A stretch of 63,680 nucleotides of DNA, counting the filler, from Asterionella formosa (taxonomy: Eukaryota), in NCBI GenBank assembly GCA_002256025.1. It is 19 parts of 19 records of this genome, joined end to end, with 100 filler letters (N's around TTAATTAATTAA, not from the genome) between each part and the next. Parts side by side here need not be neighbours in the genome. Positions count along the whole stretch, not along the records: positions 20,427 to 40,739 come from NKIB01003406.1; positions 40,840 to 42,089 come from NKIB01003408.1; positions 42,190 to 43,439 come from NKIB01003409.1; positions 43,540 to 44,789 come from NKIB01003410.1; positions 44,890 to 46,139 come from NKIB01003411.1; positions 46,240 to 47,489 come from NKIB01003412.1; 13 more parts are not named here. One strand, 5' to 3'. Under the pieces are notes generated by a model. It did no database searches and had not been told where the DNA came from. It worked only from the letters and a program-made list of their open reading frames with translations. The stretch's first letter is position 1; the number at the start of each line of letters is the position of its first letter. The position numbers and the translations under genes are program-made. Shown one piece after another: positions 34,185 to 47,589 of the stretch.

Positions 34185-35003
34185 CTAATTAAGCATTCCT
34201 GATGCTAAAAACAATAACATGGAGCTGCCTGCCAGTCCTCCTATCATCAACGTTGGGCCCCAATTGTATGCTTTCTTTGGCATCGGTGTTTCCTTATTTG
34301 TAGATGAGTGCCTGGAGTCCACTTCATTAATCCGTGCAAGGACTAAATCTTCCAACTCCTCTGCAGAAACAGGTATAGTCAAAGAGGAAGGATTAGTCTT
34401 CAACGATTTCCTTCCTTCTTCTGAATTTTCTGCACGTTTTTGTCTGTGTCTGGCTGCAGCACTCGTGGATGCCTTTGAAGGTAGAGGAAGCGGTGAGCAC
34501 TTAGTTCAGGAACAATGTGCGGGTCGTTCGGATGACGGGATGAACATACCACGAAGCTACCACTCTCTCTTAATCTCGCAATTTGTTGGGCCCTACGTAG
34601 CTCCTGACGGTACTTTGCTGTTGCTGATTCTTGGTACGCTCTTGAAGTGCCACTGACGTCAAGTACCCTCTGCTTTCGCAAGCCGCGGTGAAGTGGATCA
34701 TCAGTCCCTGCTTCCCGTGTCACCGAGCTGGAAGAATTTTCTTTTATATTTAGAAGGTTAGCAACATAAACTTGAGAAACAAATGCGCAGCAGTAACGAC
34801 CACGAGAATAACCAACCTTCGCTCGGAACTTGATGGGTGGCGTCGAAGAGTGTCGACACTCCAACACCTTTCCTTCGATCGAGTCGTCTAGGACGATTAG
34901 ATTGATTTTTCACAGTTGTTGTTATTTTCTGTGATTGCAGATATGATGACTTGCAACATGTAGGCCTCTTGCTGAAGGTCCGAGACACTATGAGGCCGCT
35001 CAT
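34185..35003 (-). CDS. Three-exon gene (35003-34817, 34740-34550, 34472-34185), 221-aa protein with a C-terminal transmembrane segment
   Basis: GT..AG introns at 34816-34741 (76 nt, branch-like GCTAAC) and 34549-34473 (77 nt, GTATGT donor, CTCAC branch-like). Exons of 187+191+288 = 666 nt join in frame without stops, ending WGPTLMIGGLAGSSMLLFLASGMLN*. Confidence 0.8.
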
Positions 35004-35504
35004 GATGAGAGATCTGACTATGACTTCACAAACAATGAGATTTTTTGAATTACCTCACATCATGATGATTAGTGCATTACGTACTACCAGGTACTGAACT
35101 GTATACCGGTATGTAAGAACAGTTTCTCCGGTGCTACGCCAAGAGCAGAAAATTGGATTCTTCTGAGCGCGCAAGGGAGGTCCAGTTATCGAGATATTTA
35201 GCTTAACATCTTCGCCTAAGTGAAAACGTGTTTTACTGGACCTTCCACAGGACGAGCATCAATGGACGTGTGGTATGAAGGGGACAAACAAACTATTTTT
35301 AACATGCAAGATGCATGCTGTTGACCAACAAGTAACAGGTAGGTAGGTACCAGCAAGTTGCGGTAATTTTGCTTTTTCGTGTCATTCCCCAACCTGACAT
35401 ATGCGTTCCGACTCGAAAGGCTTTGAGAAATCTTAGTTCGAAACTAACAACGATTTGACAAATCGTCATTTCGGGTTAAAGTAATGAAGGACTATTTACT
35501 TTAG

Positions 35505-35910
35505 GGTTGCGGCCCCGGCTTCACCCTATTTCGGAGAAAATACCGCTACCGGTAGGGCTGTAAAAACGGCGTGGAACAGGGAGTTTCCTACTATGAATCA
35601 TCATGATTCGTGTGTCCATTTGAATATTTGAATTAAATAGGAATCGGGGCCAGATTGATAGAGTTCCATTTTAAAAAAATGATATAAAAAACGTTAATGC
35701 TTTTTTCTACGTTGCTGGATGTAGACATAATTTTGCTCAGCGCCAAAACACATACCGGTACCGGTGTATAAATTAGGAGTACCGTATACTTCATTGTCCT
35801 GGTATGCTCATGGCTCTTGTTTATATGTTGATAATGAATCTACGTTACAGTGTGTAGTTTCAATATCACTCCACGCACAAAGGTATATACCGGTATGTAA
35901 ATCAGTACCG
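35505..35910 (+). mobile_element. Left-end fragment of TTAA family B
   Basis: TTAG|GGTTGCGGCCCC, then colinear with 3213-3620 (GTAAAAACGGCRTGGAACAGGGAGTTT, TCCATTTGAATATTTGAATTAAATAGGA). Confidence 0.88.
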
Positions 35911-37638
35911 GAGTCCCAGAGTAACAGTATTTCGGGACTTTTCCCAAACAGGGTTGAAAACGAGAAAACTATTCGTAAATTCAACTGCCCATTGGCATTT
36001 GCACCACCGATTGCACCACTATCACTTAGAGAAACCAAAATTGCACCATCAGACTACCCATATATTAAATCCGTGCTTCGAGCTGCACTGCCGTAGTGAT
36101 ATTTTCTACATAGAATCACGATCATGTTCGTATAAGATATGTGTTTTGTAGTAGCCAACGGCCGTAGGCTACCCGGTACATACATCTGATGAGACATACC
36201 GGTACTAATAAAATATTGCAAGCATTTTGTATCATATATATAAGTTCCTACCGGTAATGAATTTTGACCTAAGGCATTCCTTGCTGACGTCATATTGTCG
36301 CTGCACCACATTGCACCACCATAGACCTACTGGTAATTTAAGCAATATTTTGTTTAAACTACCGGTAGATGTACTTAATTCATATTCTGGCTGCTAAAAC
36401 TATGTACCAGTAGACAAACACACCTACCGGTATGTTGAAAGGTCTCGTACCGGTACTCCTTCCCGTCTGACGGGTTCCTCTTACGTAGAACTTACCTGCT
36501 ATACCACTAGTATTGTTATCTTCTTTCTGCTGCTAGCCTTCGTGCTAGTTTTCGCTATTGACCTTACTCTGTCAATTCTCACTGTTTCCTAATTATAAGA
36601 TTAAACTAACACTAAGTTTCAATCCCATTCATCACACTTCGAGAAACTGTTCTTCGTGTTCCCTTTTCGTTGATGTAAACCTTCTTCTGATTGATCTAAG
36701 ACATCAATCTCGTTAGCAAGCTTCTTGACATGGGAACGCACCATTTGACTCATTGGACTATAGTCGAGTCCACAGTCCTTGTGACTCATTATAGCCATTG
36801 ATGCTATATTCTTGACACCGGTATACCGGCGAACCTTATTTCATATGTACATACCGGTATAGCTGCTACTACCGGTAATAGAGAAGGAAACTAATTTACT
36901 GGCTATGGTACCAGTATTGCAATTTGAGTAATCGGCTTTCTATTCTGGTGTCCCTACATCATCGCAACTTCTAAGTTGTGGTATTTGTAACATTCTTGTT
37001 GTTGACATTGGCAAGTTTACCGCTTTAACTGATGTTACTGTCGCAAACGTGTTTGATGGAAGCCTGTTCTTCGACAGCCATATCTTTGTATATTGCCAAC
37101 ACATTCTGCTCCATCATGCTGTAACCTTTTTTTCTCATTTCATTTTCTCTTGTTCTTCGTGTTTTGAATGGGTACATAGTGATCCAATGCAGCAGGGTTG
37201 AAACTGTAAGTTGAAATACTTGCACCATTCTCGATGACCTCATGTTGACTCTTTCCACCCTGCCCATGTCTGTCATTTTCTTTTTGTTTATCAGGATTGA
37301 GCATAGAAGATTCCAAATGCTGTAAACCCGAATCATTTGGCATCCCATCCTCATTGCCATGGTTGTTGATAGATGAAAATGGCCTGAGAGTTTCATCAGT
37401 AGAGCTGGTGTCCAAACAATTGTTGTAGCCAGCTAAAAGTTCCACTAGCAATGGATCAATGAATGCCATTCCTAATAGTAATGAATGAAAGAAAGTTAGT
37501 ATCATCATTTCTTATATAGTATCACTTCTTTCCTATCACCATTCTAGACATACGGTTGTGGGATTCTGTAAGGTCGTCTTCATCAGAAGAAATCTCGAGC
37601 TTTTCAAGCTGCTTGACCTCTCCAATGATAATCAACTT

Positions 37639-38361
37639 TCACATTTGAAAGGACACAAGTTGTTTCAATGGAAGTTTTGAGCCGGTATCATTAGAGATAG
37701 GCACCTCCAACATCCGGTACCTCGCTTTCAACTTCGCTGCAACATTGAAATGCTCTAAGGAGCACTTGATTCCATCAGGAAAAAAGAAATCAATGTGCTT
37801 TTCAAAACAATCATCTTTGCTTCTAATCTTTGTTGCAGCAACTTTATGAGCACGCATGGTAGGTTCGCAAAGCTCTGATTCCATTTCAAGTTGGTAAATC
37901 TCGTTCACCTGCTGAACCATGAACATCGGCACACACGGCTCTGTGATTGTGATCCCACCTCCATTTTCATGAAGCACCGCCTTGACCAACTTGGAATCAC
38001 GTACATCGAATAGTGGTTTCAGGATGGTCAAAACTTCTTTCAAATCGGATTTCACAACGATTTTGTTCACACGAAATGTGAATGTTCCACCTTGATTGCT
38101 CCATGGGTATTGGACATTGAGGACTACTTTCTTGTAATCAGAATTTTGAGCCATGCTTGCAATATGTATTGATGTTGACCTAGTAGGTACTAGATCGATG
38201 ATTGATGATTTAGCAGAAGCTTGTTGAGTAGCAGTAGATGATGCAATGGGAGGTTTTTCGATGATAGCTTCCACCAAAGGCGGGAGCAGATCAAGGAAGG
38301 AAATGCCTCGAACAACACAAAGATCCAAAAATGATGATCCTTCCTCCTCTTGCAACAACAA
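37639..38361 (-). pseudogene. Unknown ORF carried inside the 35350-39020 element, probably disrupted at both ends
   Basis: 240 open codons with globular-like composition. Coding-like sequence continues past the stop (KLIIIGEVKQLEKLEISSDEDD). No recognisable domain. Confidence 0.55.
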
Positions 38362-40839
38362 AAAATTTCGTCTATTCTGGACTCGTCTATGAAGTTGCGA
38401 TCCTGGTTGGCTGAAATTGGATCTGCAGGCAGTGGCAAACTTTTTTTAAATTCCTATTCTCATCAAATCCTGCATAAAGAAGGCCCAGATCAAGAAACGA
38501 GGAAGCCGAGAGAGGGAGCATGGTGTGTTGGAAGGAAAGGACAGGCAATTTTGTTTGGTTCAATTTGTTCGTGGAATCACTGATGTATTATGGGTTTGTT
38601 TGAAAATATATTTTGATTGACTCTATTATTATCACTGTTACTCCGGAGTACCTGTCTTGTGTTTGCCGGTATAATATGATTATATTACGACAGATACCGG
38701 TAATAGGTGGGTGTGATGGCAGTGAAGGGTTGAAATGGTGACATCACACATAAAGCAAAATTGCTACTTTAAGCAAAACGGTCCTACTTTAGGCAAAATC
38801 AATGGAAGCAAATTGCAGAATAAGCAAAACAGATTGGTCTCAATATTTTAGGCTTAAAATAAAATTAATCTAAAGATAATTCGAAACAACAAGCCGGCCG
38901 GTTGATTAATCAAACGGCCGTCAAAGAGATACACATGTATCAACTTGCAAGTGGAATCACCATATTGCCGGGACGACGACGTACATAGCACTATAAGCAA
39001 AAATTACCGCCATTTGCAGGTACCTAGTACCTTGGTATCTGCAGGCAATTCCCGCTCCAGCTATCGTCTTGCCATTCGGGTACTTCTAAGTTATTTTTAG
39101 GCTCTAAGTTATTTCATAAGTAATTTTTATTTAAGGGCAATATGGGGCACATTGAATTTTTCGGCAATAAAATTGCCGATTTTAGCATGACAACCAGAAT
39201 AACGGTGATATGCATAGAGATGGTACAACAAGCGTAAAACACACGAGAATAACTGTAACATACAACATCAAAGAAAATTGAACAAGATGTTTGGAGCAAC
39301 CAACAAAGTATGAAATGCGATGTAATGAGTAGCATCAAATGAGAAATAGATAAAATTGTTTTGGGTTAGAAATGAAATAAAAAATAAGAGTTCCAATGGA
39401 GTCATATGCATGCATTGTGAATCATTGTTGTATTACTTACACAGGCAACATTGACTTTCTATCACCACACAATCGAAGACTGAAAGAAGAAGAAAAAAAG
39501 CCGAACCCAATGTAGACCCTGCATCGTTATGTAGTGTTAATGGTCTGGTTGCTGCAACCATGCGCATCGCTGTAGTATCCTGACAACAAAAGCAGTATTT
39601 CCGCTACAGTCATTCCTCTCCACCCACCACCAAACAGGCAGCCCTGATCATTCCATTCTGAGCAAGCATGATCGCCACGCTGCTCCAGCACTATTGACTC
39701 TCTCTAGCTGAGTATTCATGTAGCTTCTGATACAAACTCGCAGTAGAAATGTAGCAAAGCGCGTTAGTACAAGAAATGCATTGCTTGGCGGCAATATTGA
39801 CATCATTGTCAATGACTAAACAAATCAACAACCGCACAATACCACATCTTCATTGAGTAGTCATTGATAAATGCATTGGTTCTTATGTATATATATACAA
39901 TCGAAACAAAACGATAGTGCGTAACGACAAACAACGATGGAAGCGATCAAAACAAACCACTGAAGCAATCAAATCGGAAAGTCGATAAATACGACCTACA
40001 ATCCACATTCAGTGTTTCACTGTTGTACTTACCGATCCGCTTCAACTAGCATAACAAGCAGCAGAAGATGGGATCAAAGAAAGACGAACGTTGCCTATTG
40101 AAAGCCCGAATAGAGCAAAGGCGGGCAAGATAGAGTGAGAACTATATTTGTGAAGACGAAATCGATGAATGTGTGACCGATATAATTCAACATTTCAGGT
40201 CTCATAAAAATAATAACGAGTCTACAGAGATAATATTATTACGTGTTCAAAGTAAGCACTGAAGTAAAGATTAAACCATGCATGGTTGTTTTTAGTACCA
40301 CGTACGTATGTAGACTAGATGACTGCCGGTAACCAGTAGAATATCCGTTAAGCATCATTACATACATGAACGGAGCAAAAACTTGCCACCAACATCAGAT
40401 GTATCGATATCATCGTTCGTCCCACGAAATATGGACGATGCGACTACATGAATGCCTCGAGAAGACAAGCAATCCAACAGCCAAGCAAGCAACCGCATCC
40501 GTAAGGCAAGGAATCGCTACTGGCGTCATCGCGGAACTGATTTCGCTTCAAACCGGTCATGATGGACGACGATTGGCATGGTGAAAGGTGAATTGCCGGA
40601 GTCCACTTTTCAGGAGACGAACAAAAACGAGGTGAATTCTAGATATAAATTATTAGAATCTGTATAGTATATAAAATGGTTTCCTTAAGTAGACCCCTTG
40701 CCGATTTCGGCAATCCCAGGGCTGGAAAACCGAGGGGCANNNNNNNNNNNNNNNNNNNNNNNNNNNNNNNNNNNNNNNNNNNNTTAATTAATTAANNNNN
40801 NNNNNNNNNNNNNNNNNNNNNNNNNNNNNNNNNNNNNNN

Positions 40840-41870
40840 CTAATCTCACTACCGCCAGTATATCACTTCCTACCTGCTGCTGGTACTCTGTATACTATAT
40901 ATGATAAAATGTTATTGGCATATGATGTACAGGTACACATGAAGAACTCCCGCCCAAAAAAGGGGCTTAAACAATTTGCTACGAAAATCCTTGCCTATGA
41001 AATATATACAAATGGGTTATGATATACACCAATTGAATGGTCTAAATAATTTGTTCCAATGGACGTAGAAAATATTGAAGCAAACAAATTTCAGAAACAG
41101 TACCGGTACACGAAGTCGTGGAAAACAATGGACAAATCGTGCATTGAATATTTTCGAATTATTTATATGCGAATATGATCATCTCGACAATACCAGACGT
41201 TCCATATTGAGAGTGCCTTTGATTTTCATAAATGTACGACACTTGTTGTTATATTTATTTATTTCCAAGTTTTATAGCCATATACGTTGCAAATATATTT
41301 GAAATCGTGCGTTCTGTTCTGTTAACAAAATATGCCTGCTTCATGACAAGAAATATTGTAATAAAGCACATGACAAGAAAAAAAGGAAAGTTAACGCAAT
41401 AACAAAAAACATTGTGTCTTCGACACATTGCGCCTTCGAAGAATGGAGTATGTTTAAGGTAATGAAGCCATCAATGTGGTACTTGGATGAAAAGCGTTGG
41501 GAGGCAGGACAACAACAACTTGTAAACTAAACGCACATTTCCTGTTTTCTCAGTTGAATCAACAGCTCGTTTCGCTTATTGGGGACCACCAATGTAAAAC
41601 AAAACCAAATTGCGTAAGTGCTCTTGTCGCTCGTTGGACCTATTCACTTCTGTTGGAACAAAACGAACAAAACAACGTTTACCTCCTCTCAAAGTTAAGA
41701 TGAAAAAAATGAACCGGTAAGTTTTATTTGACAACATTGGATACCCGAAACTTACTTATTCAAGAAATACTGACAAGTTACTATTACAGACTTATGCATC
41801 GCTCACTTGCTTTGATTTGGCTGTGGGAAGTGAAGCAAGCGAGAGGATACAATGGAATGGCGTGATGTTG
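40840..41870 (+). repeat. Dispersed repeat family D, copy 1
   Basis: Colinear with 61345-62332, including identical CACCAATGTAAAACAAAACCAAATTGCGTAAGTGCTCTTGTCGCTCGTTGGACCTATTCACTTCTGTTGGAACAAA. Confidence 0.93.
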
Positions 41871-43539
41871 TGTCAGTGTAACATGTCCAGCTAACAAGTC
41901 GTTCCTTCTCATTGTTACTGTAACTGCATAGAACAATAAAACCGATCAAACAATGGAATAGTCGGCGAGTTCAGAATGACACTAACAGCAGGGAGAGAGA
42001 CGCAACTTTAGTAAGGCATTGCTTGGCACAAGATTCAGAATAGAGGAAGAAAAGGGCGCGACAGGAGTATTCATTGAGACAAGTGGAGANNNNNNNNNNN
42101 NNNNNNNNNNNNNNNNNNNNNNNNNNNNNNNNNTTAATTAATTAANNNNNNNNNNNNNNNNNNNNNNNNNNNNNNNNNNNNNNNNNNNNTGGCATGCTCC
42201 TTGCTTCCTTTTCTGTGACCATCATTGGACGATCCTCCGTTCAAACATGCCGCAGAACAACGAAGGTGTCAAAGTTCCCGAATATGGAGGGAACACCAGT
42301 ATGTGCTCGTACCCTCTAGTATCATAGACGAGCGATGTGGTTCCGGTACAAAATGACGACGGGTATTAATTACATTATGACTCTTGAATAACTATAGCTA
42401 AATTTGCACAATTCGGTCTGGCTCGTCAAGATATGCTAGGTGATGCGCCCACTCATAAAAGGGTGTAGCGTCAGCACACCTTGTTGACCAACCAATAAAA
42501 ACATAAATAAGTGCAGAAATAAAAATCTTGGCAAGAACCAATCATTGAAGCATGATTCCCATTCGCTGATAAGAAGCAGAAGCAAGCGATTCCCAAAATG
42601 TGATTCACAGAACCCAATCGAACATGCAATAGTTGGTCAACTTCGACTGTGCACTCGGCACTAGGGGGAATGTTTGCTGCACAAGGGACCTTCTATTGCT
42701 ACAGATTTCCTGCATTTTGGGGTACCTGGTTGTGGTAACGAAGCAGTCTAGATTCTAGGTCTTCAGGCCATAATCTGATCAACGAAAAATGCAGAGCTAC
42801 CAGGGTAACAATAACTGCTTGCAGAGATAGAACCCCATTTCGAAATGGTAGTGGTAAACATGTTGTGGTAAGGCTAATCCTTGATGTCAACACAAATACA
42901 CAGTCTTTTGGTGATGAGTCAAGCCATCTTGTGTGTCACTCCAGGCATTCTAGTGTACCATGTGAGTCATGCTATTGCTAAATTATTAAATGGTGGAAGT
43001 ATTACAGATAGGATTGCATTTGTATGTATATTAATATTACTAGTACAGAAAAATTGTCCCATGCCCCTTTTCCAAGACAAATGCATGTGTTGAGTAAATA
43101 ATATCAATTGCATGCTCATGCTATGCACCAGTAGTCTCCTTGTCAATGAATACTCAACTGCATTGACAATGATGGCACCACCCTTTCAAACATTGCTGCC
43201 TAGCCTTTGTGTAGAGAATACTAGTACTAACTATTTGAATTTGAAATGAGATGGCACTTCAAAGGGGCATCATGCCAGATGAGCAGTTCATGTACAACAG
43301 CCGAAAATCATAATTTCCAACATGCTTTGCCATCATCAGATTTGTACCCCCATTTCTCAATTGACCATAATCATCCCAGCTGCGCCTGTTGATAGTGATT
43401 TTATTGAGCTCCATTTAATGCAGCCAGCACTCAAACCTTNNNNNNNNNNNNNNNNNNNNNNNNNNNNNNNNNNNNNNNNNNNNTTAATTAATTAANNNNN
43501 NNNNNNNNNNNNNNNNNNNNNNNNNNNNNNNNNNNNNNN

Positions 43540-44789
43540 TACACTCATGAGTTATCCTGATCGTAATTTTCCTTTCCATATTTTTACTAATGTTTCTGAT
43601 TTTCAATTAAGAAACTTTCAAAGAATTTCGCTCTATGTCATTGAATGCGGTTCTGCATTTTCACACTGAACATCATATTTTTATCTTTATTACCCTACAC
43701 AGAAACTCAGCGTGTTCTCCGGTGGAGGATTTATATTGAAGAATATCTTCTCACTTTTCACAATATGAAGGGTACTGATAATGTCAAATATTACAGATTC
43801 TATCTCTCGCCTCCCGAGGCTTGAGTCTTTGGTGGGGGATGATATTGGACCGAAATCTTCAGCATCAACATCCATTTCTACTTTCTCAATTGAAGTAGAT
43901 GATGAACCTTTGTTTACCTGTTCCCTCAATCATCCAATTTTGGCAGACAATATTCAATATCCTCTGGATTATAACTCCATACATGATAGACAATTGCTGG
44001 ATATACAATTGATTCTCAATCAAACAACTCATCTCATTCTCAATCAACAAACCAAACACATCTGTTAAAATTTCCCTCTATCAATTTTCATCATATACAT
44101 TTAATGTATTTTGTGAAGAATCCAGGAGATACTTGACGTATTGTTATTCCTACAACACATTAAAAGCCTATGTACAAGTCACAGTGGATTTCATTGGTCC
44201 ATGGAAGATAACATTGACTGCACAAGCGATTGAATTTCATGCTCCAACTTGAGTTAACACAGTCACCAATTTACCAGAAATTTCACATATCGATAATAAG
44301 GCATCAGAATATATTGCGATGAAATTTGAAAATGATTGGTTAGAAAGATATCTCCGTCCAGAAGGTTGTATACATGACAAAGGAGGTCAATTTACTGGTA
44401 TTCCTTTCATACACATGTAAGTGTTGAATGGAATTAAAATTGGGACCATTACAGTCAAGAATCCACAAACAAATGCTATCCGTGAACGTTTACATCAATC
44501 TATCAGTAACAATCTATGTACGAGTTATGTCAAAGGCTCATCCTCCAATCAAGGACTTTCAAGTTCAGAATATTGTGGATACCAGTTTGCTGCATCATAT
44601 GCAGCTCGAGCTACTATTTATAGTACATTGTGTATTTTCACCAGGAACATGGGTTTTCCAACATGATTTGATTACAGATATGTAATTGATATTGGGATAT
44701 CAATGTCGATAAGTGATAATTGACAAATGACTACGTCGTGATAATTTCCGTCGTCGTTCTTGCGATTACAAGGTTGTTGATGAGGTTTT
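43540..44789 (+). pseudogene. Highly decayed Ty3/Gypsy pol (RNase H-integrase)
   Basis: Fragments YPDRNFPFHIFTNVSDFQL, TQRVLRWRIYIEEY, DSISRLP, VTVDFIGPW, FENDWLERYLRPEGCIHDKG and VKNPQTNAIRERLHQ, in RNase H then integrase order. Many stops and deletions. Confidence 0.9.
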
Positions 44790-44889
44790 NNNNNNNNNNN
44801 NNNNNNNNNNNNNNNNNNNNNNNNNNNNNNNNNTTAATTAATTAANNNNNNNNNNNNNNNNNNNNNNNNNNNNNNNNNNNNNNNNNNNN

Positions 44890-45830
44890 TGATACGTAAT
44901 ATTGAATAAAGTATATCACAGATCTATGATGCATTGTTCAAAGAAATGTGATGATTTCTTAAACTGTTTATGATATAATTTTGATCGAAATATGATTATG
45001 TTAAAATAATACTATGACAAAAAAATATGATAAAATATGTACGCAAGTGTTATCGATACATCATAAAAATAAATAAATCGATCATAATGAATGTTACTTA
45101 ATTAATTTATTCTACTTTTAATGTATAAAGTTAAAGCCAACAGTTAATATGATAGATAGTATTATATGATGGATAGGATCTAAGTGTATGGATGCGTTGA
45201 TATGTACATCACTATAATATGATTTGTGATATGGATTGATGCATATGACATACCAGTATCCTCAACAACCAGCCATTATGTTCATTGTCATGTTGTTTTC
45301 CTTGTTATAGCAGTATTTATGCCGGCATCATGTGTATTATGTAAACACTACACTGACGGAACATGCATATTACACTGCTGTTCTCTGTTCAACAATTACT
45401 ACACTCGGTTACCATCACACCAGCTGCACCTCCACAAGCGCCGCAAAAAGCTTGCTCCGCATTTCCCTTCCACTGTTTTACATCATAGTCTTCTGGCCCT
45501 TTGACAACTTTCCAAATGGCATTTCATGGATTTCATGCAAAGGATCAGTCAAACAAGAAACGTGACTTACTTCCATTGTTTACGCTTCACGACTTTATGT
45601 TTTCGGAAAAGAAGATGAAGAAACTTATGAAATCAAATAACAAATTAATTTGAACAGATTCATAATACTCCAGAAAAAATTATGAAGTATGCCGATACAA
45701 TAGTGGCAGATATTGAAAAGAAGGAAAGATTGCTTTCAAAGAGCCAAGGAAACCCAAACAGTTGTTCGTAGTGGATGAAGACTCCAGTGTCATATTTGGC
45801 TCCTCATTCTCCTGAAATCGCTGATAATTA
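44890..45830 (+). repeat. Dispersed repeat family C, copy 2
   Basis: Colinear with 19439-20326 and 55688-56340. Confidence 0.92.
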
Positions 45831-46244
45831 CGACCTTTGTAGTGATTGAGTTCATTTACAAATTGATAATATCCTTTGGCAGCTTGTCATGAACTTGCTG
45901 GTCTGTAAAAATAGGAAAGTTATGATATGGAACCTTGTCGTCTATCTGCATCCAGGAGTTATTAATGGAATTATCGACAGGAGCCATCTTTTGTAGCAGC
46001 AAATGAAGAAGAAACGTCATCATTGCTTTCAGTGTCAATGAGGGGATCCTGTGTAGCTGATGATACGATGACATAAGACCAACAGTGTTATTTTCATTAT
46101 CATAGGAAACTTAAGTTTTGTCATTACCATCTTTCCCTTNNNNNNNNNNNNNNNNNNNNNNNNNNNNNNNNNNNNNNNNNNNNTTAATTAATTAANNNNN
46201 NNNNNNNNNNNNNNNNNNNNNNNNNNNNNNNNNNNNNNNGAGAA

Positions 46245-46920
46245 AGGAGTTTGGAATTTGTGTTGCCACAGCACTGATGATCAGTCCACAAGCATCCGAA
46301 AAGTTACACATCTGGATGCCTCCTTTGATCAAGATATGTTAGTTCTGATCATATCAACATTCGACACAACTAAATTGATTTCGTGTACATCAAATACTAT
46401 GCTAGATAGAAATCGGCCTTAATTGGTTGAGAAGGGTTGTTTGGAATTTTTGTTGCTTCTTCACTAATGATCAAGCCACAAGTACCGAAAATTTACACAC
46501 CATCCTGATGACCCATTGATCAATGTATGTTCGTTCTGAGCGAGCATATCGACATTCGAAATATCGGCATTGATCTCGACTAAATTGAATACTATGCTAG
46601 ATAGAAATTGACAATGAATGGGAAGAGAAAGATGGATTGGAAGTTTGGTTGCTAAAGCACTGGTCATCAGTCCACAGCAGACACCTAAAATTTACACATC
46701 CTGATGCCTCCTTTGGACAATATACGTTCGTTCTGAGCATATCGATATTCAACAAGAAGCCTTTGATTTCGGGTACATCGGATAATATATTAGATAGAAA
46801 TCGGCATCAAATTGGTTGAGAAAGAAAATGAATTGGAATTTAGGTTGCTACAGCACTGGTCATCAGTCCACAGCAAGCACCGAAACCTTTACGCATCCTG
46901 ATGCCGAATTTGATCAATAA
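46245..46920. repeat. Diverged tandem repeat, ~190-195-bp unit, about 3.5 copies
   Basis: TTGGAA.TT..GTTGC...GCACTG.T.ATCAG.CCACA...TACACATCCTGATG...CTAGATAGAAAT recurs at ~46251, 46441, 46637 and 46833. Confidence 0.88.
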
Positions 46921-47589
46921 TGACTAAGCATAGACTGCGCCAGCTTTTTCTGAAGTACAATGTACACAAATTTAGTACAAAATGAATGTTGGCAAGGAGG
47001 ACTGTCCGCGCCAGTTTTCTTAACGAAAAGCAGCTGCTGGAATGAAAGGAACAAAATATCACAATCATGGTAAAATGAAATTATTATTATTGTTATTGTT
47101 ATTGTTGTAATTTTTGTTGACTTTTCTGCTATCATTGTTGTATTCTCGTTGTAGTTATCGCTGTCCCTGTTGTTTCTGCTGTCATTTTTCTTGTTCTTAT
47201 TCTATTGTTCTTTCGTTGTGGTTACTGTGGCTTCATACCCTTCTTTTTTGGTGTTCCTCACCCTGCGTTTGAACTTGAACATGCATTGTTTGATATGGAA
47301 TGTAAAGACGTGTTGTTTTGTTAAAAACCAGCCATCATATGACTCTGTGAATCTTGTTCTTGGCTTCCAGATAACAAGGACTCTGTTGTGGGCCGGTTTC
47401 TCTGGAAGAAACAGGCAGGCATTTTTTGTTTCTCCTTGTCATCACAGAAAGGATGCATCTGAAAGTTCGAGAAATATATGGCAAGCACTNNNNNNNNNNN
47501 NNNNNNNNNNNNNNNNNNNNNNNNNNNNNNNNNTTAATTAATTAANNNNNNNNNNNNNNNNNNNNNNNNNNNNNNNNNNNNNNNNNNNN

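Larger units (their letters stand above)
35350..39020. mobile_element. 3.7-kb member of the TA-targeting CCWG-end family carrying decayed ORFs and a nested family B end
   Basis: TA|CCAGCAAGTTGCGGTAATTTTGCTT ... AAGCAAAAATTACCGCCATTTGCAGG|TA, with subterminal AAGCAAAA repeats at 38753-38830. Pairing of the two ends is inferred. Confidence 0.7.

Noticed and set aside
40693..40739. Helitron 3' hairpin (TTGCCGA-TT-TCGGCAA)
   Set aside because: No CTRR end is visible before the contig break, and the stem is short.
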